Positions 56,575 to 64,000 of a DNA stretch of 64,000 nucleotides are shown here, one piece after another; positions within the stretch are counted from its first letter, which is position 1, and each line of letters opens with the position of its first letter. The notes beneath the pieces are model-generated. The model did not search any database. It was not told the origin of the DNA and worked only from the letters and a program-made list of their open reading frames with translations. The stretch is taken from positions 3,232,001-3,296,000 of the forward strand of contig CBDFJQ010000002.1 in NCBI GenBank assembly GCA_965248575.1, written 5' to 3'. The translations under genes and the position numbers were made by a program. The stretch comes from Planctomycetota bacterium (GTDB taxonomy: Bacteria; Planctomycetota; B15-G4).

Positions 56575-59208
56575 TTACGGTTCGCAGAGGGTTCCCGTGA
56601 GCCCGTTGCTGAAGACCCAGCCTTCGGGCTGCGTGGAATCCATGAGCGCGGCCTGCACGTAAATGGTCAGGTCGTAGAGCAAAGGGTCGTTGGGCACGTT
56701 GAGCAGCTTGTGCACCTCGCCGGACGCGTCGGCGCCGATGCCGAACAGGATCCAGTTGCTGGGGCTGACCAGGATCGTGCCGCCGAAGACCGGGCCCGAG
56801 ACCGGCGCGATGCCCACGATCAGCGAGCCCGTCGTGAGGGGCTCGCCGCCTGTGACGTCGAAGGTCTGGGCTTGGGCGACGGTGGTGCTGGAGGCCGTGT
56901 CCAAGGTCAGGGTGTTGGTGCCGCCCAGGCCCACTCCGTAGGGCTCGTAGTTGCAGCCGTCGTCCAGGACGTAGTCCCAGATGCCGCGCCCGTAGGTACC
57001 GAAGCGGATCAGGTTCAGACCGGGGACCTCCTCGGCGCTCCAATAGGTGGTGATCGGTGCGTCGTCACTTGCCGCGTCCAGCCACAGGGTGCCGGAGGCG
57101 TCGCGGATGTAGACCGAGGTCTCGGTGCCGCACATGACCGTGCTGCCGTCGGGAGATTCCGCCAGGCAGTACACCAACGTGCTGGGCAAGCCCTGCCCCC
57201 AGGGCGCGAAGCTCTGGCCGCCGTCGGTGCTCTTCCACACCGCCGGGCTGCCGTAGCCGCTGCCGCCGATGTAGACGGTGTCGACGTCCACATGGCTGGG
57301 CTGGATCGCCGTGCCGTACAACCACACCTCGCTCGGGCCCGTGGTCGCCGACTGGTTCCAGTTCACGCCCTTGTCGTTGGAGTAGAAGAGCCGGCCGAAG
57401 TTCGTGGCGGCATAGGCACGGTTGCTGTCCATGGGCGAGAAGGCGATGCCCGTCATGTACTCGCCCGAGCTGCCATCGAAGGCGAAGCTGGACCACTGGG
57501 TCGCGTTCCACACATTCCCCACGGCCGCCTTCTGGTAGCGGTAGAGGCGCTTGGCACAAAAGAAGAAGGCGTTGTTCGCGTCGGGGTCGGCCTGGATGTA
57601 GGGCAGCCAGGGGTGGCTCTCGTTGTCCGGGAAGTCCGCCGTGAACAGCTGCTCGCCGTTCTCGTTCTTCGAGGCCAGGATGAAGCCTGGGTAGACGGAG
57701 TAGACCCAGCGGTGGCTGCCATCCCCGGACGTCAGGTGCGCGTAGTCGCCGCTGATCAGCTGGTCGAACTCGTACAGGGTGCCGCCCAGCGGCGGGTCGT
57801 GCGCCGCCTGGTAGCCCTGGTCCTGTGCGCCGGCGTGGATGTGATCCGTGTTCAGGTTCGACGTGTGGGTGGTGTAGTACTGGCTCACCCGCAGGCCGTC
57901 GAGGGAGATGTTGGCGACGCTCGAGAGGCCGTCCGTGCTGGTGTAGAGACCGCCGTCCGTGCAGATGTACCAGGTCTCACCGCCACCGACGTCCGGCACC
58001 ACATCCATGCCCGGGATGTCCGCGTGCAGCTTGGTGGCCTCCTCGCCGTAGTACTCGTACCAGGGGTTCACGATGTCGAAGCTGTTGCCGCCGTCGTCGG
58101 ATCGGTGCACTTCCACACCTCCCCAAGCGAAGAGGTCCGGGTCCACCGTCGAGGCGTTGAGGGTGCCCCAGTAGTCGCTCACGGCGCCCTTGTCGATCCA
58201 GGAGACGCCCGCGTCATCGGAACGATAGAGCGTCTTGGCCCCGCCCACGTCCAGCACGGCCCACAGCCGGGGTGCGCCTGCCTCGCTGCCCGTGATCTCG
58301 CCGCCGTTGCCGACGACCGGCAAGCTGCCCACGAGCGCCCAGTTGTCACCGTTGTCGAAGCTGGCCCAGACGTTGCTGTTACGCAGCAGGTAGAGCGCAC
58401 TCGCTCCGGTACGGGAAGCCCAGAGATCGCCCTCCCAATCCACCAGGCCGATCGACTGCTGGAAGGACGCGCCGCGGTTCGTGGAGCGGTACAGACGGTT
58501 GCTGTATTGGGAGCCGCTCCACCAGCGCACCAGGATGAAGATGCTGTGGGAGCCGTCCGATGTGCTGAGCAGCCGACGCACCGAACTCACATTGGTCGGC
58601 AAACCCGTGGGCGCCGTCCAGGTGACGCCGTCGTCCGTCGAGCGATGCACGAGGCCGCCGTCGGTGGCGCGCACCATGATGTCGGGGTCACCGCCGTTGA
58701 CACCCGGAACGACCACCAACCAGTGGGCGCCCCCGTCGAGATTGTCACCCAAGGGCGTCCAGTTCTGGCCCGAAAGCGAACCGCGCCAGACACCGCCGCG
58801 CGACGAACCGCCGTAGAGCTGGGTTCCATCCGATGAACGCGCCGCCACATGCATACGCCCCGCGAGGTTCTTGCTGCCCCGCTCCACCCACGGCGTCGCC
58901 GTCGAAGCCGAGATCATGCCCGCCATGGCGTTGCGCTTCTCGCGCTGGGCCGCGGCATTGGCGGCCTCTGCTGCCTTCCAGTCGAAGGACGGCGGCGCCA
59001 CGTGCCGCTCCTTGTGGTAGTCCTTGCGCTCCTTCTTGTAGTCGCGCAGGTCCTCCGCAATACGCGTCGGGTCGGCCGGCATCATGTGGTGGGTCGGGAC
59101 CGGCTTCGTGCCGCTCTCCTCGTCGTGCTTCCCTGCTTGTGAAGCAGGTGGTGAAGCACAAGCCGTCGCAAGGAACGCGAACGCAAGACAGATCAGGGTG
59201 CGGGCCAC
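56575..59208 (-). CDS. BNR/Asp-box (VPS10/sortilin-like) beta-propeller lipoprotein with conserved C-terminal domain
   Basis: Many S.D.G..W Asp-boxes, HAD, GAQDQG, TYGRGIW; C-terminal VQAALMD..QPEG..FSNGL. Confidence 0.88.
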   Translation of the reverse strand: MARTLICLAFAFLATACASPPASQAGKHDEESGTKPVPTHHMMPADPTRIAEDLRDYKKERKDYHKERHVAPPSFDWKAAEAANAAAQREKRNAMAGMISASTATPWVERGSKNLAGRMHVAARSSDGTQLYGGSSRGGVWRGSLSGQNWTPLGDNLDGGAHWLVVVPGVNGGDPDIMVRATDGGLVHRSTDDGVTWTAPTGLPTNVSSVRRLLSTSDGSHSIFILVRWWSGSQYSNRLYRSTNRGASFQQSIGLVDWEGDLWASRTGASALYLLRNSNVWASFDNGDNWALVGSLPVVGNGGEITGSEAGAPRLWAVLDVGGAKTLYRSDDAGVSWIDKGAVSDYWGTLNASTVDPDLFAWGGVEVHRSDDGGNSFDIVNPWYEYYGEEATKLHADIPGMDVVPDVGGGETWYICTDGGLYTSTDGLSSVANISLDGLRVSQYYTTHTSNLNTDHIHAGAQDQGYQAAHDPPLGGTLYEFDQLISGDYAHLTSGDGSHRWVYSVYPGFILASKNENGEQLFTADFPDNESHPWLPYIQADPDANNAFFFCAKRLYRYQKAAVGNVWNATQWSSFAFDGSSGEYMTGIAFSPMDSNRAYAATNFGRLFYSNDKGVNWNQSATTGPSEVWLYGTAIQPSHVDVDTVYIGGSGYGSPAVWKSTDGGQSFAPWGQGLPSTLVYCLAESPDGSTVMCGTETSVYIRDASGTLWLDAASDDAPITTYWSAEEVPGLNLIRFGTYGRGIWDYVLDDGCNYEPYGVGLGGTNTLTLDTASSTTVAQAQTFDVTGGEPLTTGSLIVGIAPVSGPVFGGTILVSPSNWILFGIGADASGEVHKLLNVPNDPLLYDLTIYVQAALMDSTQPEGWVFSNGLTGTLCEP

Positions 59209-59268
59209 GAGAGCCTCCGGGGCAGGCGTGAGGTGACGAACGGGGACGTGGAGCCTATCAGCCCGGAC

Positions 59269-60543
59269 CTACTCGTGCCGAAGCGCCTCGATCGGATCCA
59301 TGGCCGCAGCGCGCCGCGCCGGGTAGAGGCCGAAGACCACCCCCGTCAGGCAGGAGATGCCCATGGAAAGGATCACCGAGCCCGGGGTGACCACCGCGTT
59401 CCACTCCGTGAGCGTCTTCACCAACCAGACGGCGGCACCGCCCAGACCGATGCCCAGGACACCGCCCACGACGCTCAGCGTCACGGTCTCCACCAAGAAT
59501 TGCCAGGTGATGTCCCCACCTGTGGCGCCCAACGCGCGCCGGATTCCGATCTCTTGCGTGCGCTCGGTGATGCTCGCCAACATGATGTTGAGGATGCCGA
59601 TCCCGCCCACCAGCAGGGAGATGCCCGCGATGATCGGCAACACGATGTTGAACACGCGCTGGGTACGCTGGCGCGACTCCAGCAACTCCAAGGGCACGAT
59701 CACTTCGTAGTCCCGTTTCTTGTGCAGCCGCTCCAGGATGGTCTTGATGGAGCGCGCGGCCGTGATCACCGACTCCTCGGAGTCGATCGTGCAGACGATC
59801 TGGTGCAGCTCCACCCGGCTGCTCTCGAAGCTGCCCGCCTGTTGGTTCACGTCCATGAGGCCGAAGCGATCCACCACGGATTCGTAAGGCACATAGACCT
59901 CCATGGCCCGATCATCCATGCCCAAGCTGGCCTTGTTGGGGCTCTGGAACTCGAACTCGGGCAGAACGCCCACCACCCGGAAGTACTCGGTGCCCACCTT
60001 CAGGTCGAGCTTGAGCGGGTCGCCTACGTAGCGCGCCTCCTTCAGCAACCCTTGCCGGATGACCGCAACACGTCGCCGGCGTTCGCCGTCGATGGGCGTG
60101 ATGGTGCGACCGATGAACGGTTCCAGGTGCAGACGATCGAAGTACTCGGCCGTGACTCCACGCACCTTGGACGCGATGCGACGGCTCTTGAACCACAGGA
60201 ACTTCTGCACGTCGTGTACCGGCAGGACGTCCTGCACGGCCGGGACGGTCTCGGCAATCACCGCCGCGTCCTGCCAGGTCAGGCCGTACTCGAGGGTCCA
60301 GCTGTCGTCGGCCTCCTGGGAGTCCTGCTCCACCGGCGGCTTCTTCGCGTTCAGGATGATGTTGCGGATGCCCAGCTGCTCGATCTGGTCGAGGATCGCG
60401 CGCCGCGCCCCCTCGCCCGTGGACATCATGGCCATGACCGAGGCCACGCCGAAGATGATGCCCAGCGCCGTGAGGAACGAACGCAGCTTGTGGCGCGACA
60501 GGTTCCGCAGCGCTTCCGCCACGAGCTCCAGGAAGTACGTCAT
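59269..60543 (-). CDS. MacB-like ABC permease
   Basis: LRSFLTALGIIFGV, ISLLVGGIGILNIML, ERTQEIGIRRALGA, PARRAAAMDPIEALR. Confidence 0.93.
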   Translation of the reverse strand: MTYFLELVAEALRNLSRHKLRSFLTALGIIFGVASVMAMMSTGEGARRAILDQIEQLGIRNIILNAKKPPVEQDSQEADDSWTLEYGLTWQDAAVIAETVPAVQDVLPVHDVQKFLWFKSRRIASKVRGVTAEYFDRLHLEPFIGRTITPIDGERRRRVAVIRQGLLKEARYVGDPLKLDLKVGTEYFRVVGVLPEFEFQSPNKASLGMDDRAMEVYVPYESVVDRFGLMDVNQQAGSFESSRVELHQIVCTIDSEESVITAARSIKTILERLHKKRDYEVIVPLELLESRQRTQRVFNIVLPIIAGISLLVGGIGILNIMLASITERTQEIGIRRALGATGGDITWQFLVETVTLSVVGGVLGIGLGGAAVWLVKTLTEWNAVVTPGSVILSMGISCLTGVVFGLYPARRAAAMDPIEALRHE

Positions 60544-61283
60544 GTGGGCGTCTCGGCCATGGGCGTCCCCGCCTCTGCCCGACCCCCGCTGCCCTGGGCG
60601 ATGTCGTCCTCGATGCGCCCATCGCGCAGCATCACCCGACGCGGCGCCGCCGCGGCGATCTCCGGGTCATGGGTGATGACGACGATGGTGCGACCCGCAT
60701 CATGCAGCTCGTAGAAGAGGTCCATGATCTCGCCGGACGTCACGCTGTCGAGGTTGCCGGTGGGCTCATCTGCCAGCAGGAGTGCGGGGTTGTTCGAGAG
60801 GGCGCGCGCCACGGCCACACGCTGCTTCTCGCCACCGGAGAGTTGGGACGGCACATGCCCCAGGCGATGCCCCAAGCCGACCTTGTCCAGCAGCTCTCGG
60901 CAACGCTCGTGGCGTTTCTTGCGGCTCATGCGCGCGTAGAACAGGGGCAGCTCGACGTTCTCCATGACCGTCAGATGGGTGACGAGATTGAAGGACTGGA
61001 AAACGAAACCGATGCGCGTGTTGCGGATGCTCGACAGACGTTTGTCGTCTAGCTGGGCCACGTCTTCGCCGGCGATTTCGTAGCGCCCATGAGTTGGACG
61101 GTCCAGGCAACCCAGGATGTTCAGCATGGTGGACTTGCCCGAGCCCGACGGCCCGACGATCGCCAGGTACTCGCCTTCTTCAACAGCGAGGTCGATGCCG
61201 CGCAGCACCCGCACCGCGGTGTCACCGGCACCGTAGATCTTCTCGATGCCTTCCAGCTTGAGGACCGTGTCGCCGTGGGTCAT
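60540..61283 (-). CDS. MacB/LolD-like ABC ATP-binding protein
   Basis: [28 protein letters not shown]. Confidence 0.95.
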   Translation of the reverse strand: MTHGDTVLKLEGIEKIYGAGDTAVRVLRGIDLAVEEGEYLAIVGPSGSGKSTMLNILGCLDRPTHGRYEIAGEDVAQLDDKRLSSIRNTRIGFVFQSFNLVTHLTVMENVELPLFYARMSRKKRHERCRELLDKVGLGHRLGHVPSQLSGGEKQRVAVARALSNNPALLLADEPTGNLDSVTSGEIMDLFYELHDAGRTIVVITHDPEIAAAAPRRVMLRDGRIEDDIAQGSGGRAEAGTPMAETPT

Positions 61284-61286
61284 GCG

Positions 61287-63137
61287 TCAGTTCGAGCCCG
61301 CTGCATCGGCTGCTTCAGCAACAGGTTCAGCGGCGGCCGGCACGACGGCAGTGCCCTCGCTGGCAGCCCCGCTGGCAGCCTCTGACGAGGCATCGTCTGT
61401 GGGGCTCGCCGCGCCATCGGTGATGACAGCGCCGGCCTCGCCGTCGGCAGACCCGCCCGCAGGCGCCTCGGAGTCGATGCTGTCCCCGATGCCGCCGTCA
61501 CCGTGCTCTGCCTTGGTGTCGTCGTCGGCGCTGTCATCGGTGCCGTCGTCGATGCCGTCATCGCCCTCAGCGTCATCGTCCGCGTCACTGGCTTCTTCGC
61601 CGGTGTCTTCAACGGCGTCATCGTCACCCACAACGTCTTCCTCGCCCTCGAATGTCGGCTCCTTCTCCTCGGACGACTCCGAACCCAGGTTCGGGTTGTA
61701 GAGCAAGACCCGGTCGCCTTCGTCGAGGCCTTCAAGGACCTCGATGTAGACGTCGTTGCTCATGCCGGGCTCCACCGTCGCCTTCTCGGGTTGGCCAGCG
61801 GCATCTAGCCGGTAGACCCAGTGTTCGCCCTCCTCCAGGAAGACACACTGGATGGGGATGTAGATCACGTCTTCGCGACGATCGATGAACACTTCCGCCT
61901 TCGCGCTGATGCCCGGCTTCAGTTCAACGTCCAGAGCCTTCGTGTCCAAAGTGACGTCCACGTCGAACTTCTTGACCTCGGGGTCGTCATCCCAGGGGTT
62001 CTCCCCCGAGGCGATGGCGCCGATCTTGGTCACGGTTCCATCCAGCACGAGGCCCGGATAGGTGTCCATGCTGACCTTGGCCGCCAGCCCCACCGCGAGC
62101 TTGCTGATGTCCGCCTCATGGATGCGGATCTTGACCTCCATGATGCGTAGGTCGGGGATCGTCAGCACCGTGAACTGACCCCAGATCTCACCACCCACGC
62201 GAATGCGGTCGCGCTCCCAAGGCCGTTGAGGATCGCCGTAGATGACGATGCCCGGGCTCGGCGCCGAGAGGACCATGTTGGAGATCTGCTCCGTGAGCTC
62301 ATCCACCTGATCGTTCAGCTTGTCGAGGCGCTTCTGGTACTGATCCACGTTCACTTCGCGCTGCCGCAAGGTGGACTTGGCACGCAGGGCGGACGTGTCG
62401 AGGCCACGCCTACCATCGCTCACCGCTACATCCCGCTCGGCGAGGGTCATGGGGAAGGTGTACTGCTCGAAGAGTTCGAGGTCCCGCTGCGCGCTCTCGA
62501 GCTCCACGGTGCGCTGTTCGTAGGAGATTTCATCCTCTTCGAGCTGCGACTTGTTGATGTACTCACGCTCCTGCAGCAACTGGCTGTCTTCGAAGCGTTT
62601 CTTGGCTCGGGTGAAGTTGGTCTCGGCCGTCTTGATGGAGACTTCCAGCCGCCGCCGCTCCTTGGGCGCATCCCCTTCGATGTAGCGTTCGCGCTCCTTG
62701 CGCGCCTTGTTGTCGGCGATCTCTGCCTTCTGGATGGTCGCCTCGTTGTCCGCCTTCTGGATCTCCAGGTCGGTCTCGGCGGTGTCCAGGTCCGCCTCGG
62801 CCTTCACCACGTCGAGCCCCTTCTCTTCCAGGTTCTCCTCAAAGCTGGTGGCGTCGAGCCGGGCCACCTCGATCCCCTCCTCGACCTGCGTCCCCTCCTC
62901 GATGAGGAAGGTGATTTTGGCCTGACCGCGCAGGTCGGTCTTGATCTTGGCCGACTCCTTGGCGACGAGCGTGCCGTTCTCCGTCACGGTGACGGTGAGC
63001 TGACCGCGACGCACGGTGAACAGACCGTTTTCAGGGATGGCGGCCGCAGCGTCTTCGCCATCGAAGACACCCGTGAGATAGGCCGTGGTTCCGCCACCCG
63101 CGAGGAGCAGCACCACGATGATCAGAGGGAGCTTCAT
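61287..63137 (-). CDS. MacA/HlyD-type periplasmic adaptor with long acidic C-terminal tail
   Basis: N-terminal TM, lipoyl halves, long coiled coil, LKPGISA; ATGA overlap with the TolC gene. Confidence 0.88.
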   Translation of the reverse strand: MKLPLIIVVLLLAGGGTTAYLTGVFDGEDAAAAIPENGLFTVRRGQLTVTVTENGTLVAKESAKIKTDLRGQAKITFLIEEGTQVEEGIEVARLDATSFEENLEEKGLDVVKAEADLDTAETDLEIQKADNEATIQKAEIADNKARKERERYIEGDAPKERRRLEVSIKTAETNFTRAKKRFEDSQLLQEREYINKSQLEEDEISYEQRTVELESAQRDLELFEQYTFPMTLAERDVAVSDGRRGLDTSALRAKSTLRQREVNVDQYQKRLDKLNDQVDELTEQISNMVLSAPSPGIVIYGDPQRPWERDRIRVGGEIWGQFTVLTIPDLRIMEVKIRIHEADISKLAVGLAAKVSMDTYPGLVLDGTVTKIGAIASGENPWDDDPEVKKFDVDVTLDTKALDVELKPGISAKAEVFIDRREDVIYIPIQCVFLEEGEHWVYRLDAAGQPEKATVEPGMSNDVYIEVLEGLDEGDRVLLYNPNLGSESSEEKEPTFEGEEDVVGDDDAVEDTGEEASDADDDAEGDDGIDDGTDDSADDDTKAEHGDGGIGDSIDSEAPAGGSADGEAGAVITDGAASPTDDASSEAASGAASEGTAVVPAAAEPVAEAADAAGSN

Positions 63138-64000
63138 AGTCGCCACATTCCGTCATTCTCGATGAACAACAGGCCCAGGTCCCGATACAGACGCAAACGC
63201 GAAACGAAGTGGCTCACCTTGAACGAGATGAGTGCGTTCTCGGCATTGATGAGTGCTGCACGTGCTTCGAGCAGGGCGCGGTTCTCGACATCACCCGCCT
63301 CGTAGCGGATCTCCGTCACCGCCACCGCCCGCTCTTCCTGCCCGATCTGCTCCACCTGCAGATCGATCTGCTGCTCGGTCCGTTCCAGCTGACGCAACGC
63401 GTCGTTGATGTCGCGCTCGACGTTCTCCAGCAGGATGTCGTAGTCGCGCTGGGAGCGGTCGCGCGCGATCACCGCAGAGCGGTAGGCATTGCGCTCCGAC
63501 TTACGCTGGATGGGGATGTCCAGGGAAAGTCCGACGGAGCTGTTCCGATCCGAGAGCAGTTGTCCGTTGGGTTCGAAGTTCTGCACGTCGTCCGTGGGGT
63601 CGGTCTTATCGAACTTGCTCACGGACCCCGTCTTCGAGTTGTGCACGCCGCTCAGCCCGTAGCCCATGGTCAGGTCGAGGTCTGGCAGCAGGGTGTCCCG
63701 GGACAAACGCAGGGACCTAGCGCTGTCCTCAAGCCGTTCCTTGGCCGTGATCAGGTCCAGACGGTTGCCGAGGGCCACGGTCACCGCAGAATCGGGATCG
63801 AGGGAAACGCCCAGGAAGGGCGGCTCTTCATCGCCGACGTCGATCTCCTGATCGTCCGGTAGGCCCAGACGAATGCGGAAGGAGTCCACCTGCAGGTCGT
63901 AGTTCGCCCGAGCCACCAGCACGCCGTTCTCGGCGTTGATCTCGTTACGACGAGCGAGAAAGACATCCTCATCCTGGTTGCGATCCAGCTGCCGTAAGGC
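63134..64000 (-). CDS. TolC family outer-membrane protein (5' truncated)
   Basis: NRLDL, LPDLDL, LDIPI, RYEAG, helical repeats; first gene of the efflux operon. Confidence 0.85.
   Translation of the reverse strand, partial: ALRQLDRNQDEDVFLARRNEINAENGVLVARANYDLQVDSFRIRLGLPDDQEIDVGDEEPPFLGVSLDPDSAVTVALGNRLDLITAKERLEDSARSLRLSRDTLLPDLDLTMGYGLSGVHNSKTGSVSKFDKTDPTDDVQNFEPNGQLLSDRNSSVGLSLDIPIQRKSERNAYRSAVIARDRSQRDYDILLENVERDINDALRQLERTEQQIDLQVEQIGQEERAVAVTEIRYEAGDVENRALLEARAALINAENALISFKVSHFVSRLRLYRDLGLLFIENDGMWRL

Noticed and set aside
1..64000. CRISPR array, rRNA, transposase or prophage
   Set aside because: No regularly spaced repeats, rRNA-like sequence or recognisable mobile/phage proteins seen

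Overview
GC-rich bacterial chromosomal window. Gene content suggests an uncultured Planctomycetota-like lineage (inference only). It holds about 50 CDS: housekeeping genes (mcm large subunit/mce, rluD, valS, kdsA, nagZ-like GH3, uvrD/pcrA, arfB, queG, argR), two sigma factors (FliA/WhiG-type and an ECF with a soluble zinc-finger/TPR anti-sigma), ABC and MacAB-TolC transporters, and many secreted or lipoproteins. There is one tRNA-Ile2(CAT). Highlights: (1) a ~120-nt structured element present twice (2895-3015, 8363-8481) with a conserved 43-nt core and fully re-written, compensatory long stems; (2) an AhpD-like selenoprotein (CxxU) split by an in-frame UGA with an fdhF-like SECIS 11 nt downstream; (3) a shared C-terminal 'Q..D...P.G...SNGL' domain on two unrelated secreted proteins, a candidate sorting signal; (4) a catalytically dead, internally deleted LysA-like protein coupled to the sigma-28 gene, plus other pseudo-enzymes; (5) an integrase-less 1.5-kb islet in tRNA-Ile2 bounded by a 46-bp att repeat; (6) a +1 frameshift in valS; (7) a promoter-short RNA-terminator unit at 6498-6589. 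No CRISPR array, rRNA or transposase was seen. All family calls come from motif recognition by eye, not database searches.
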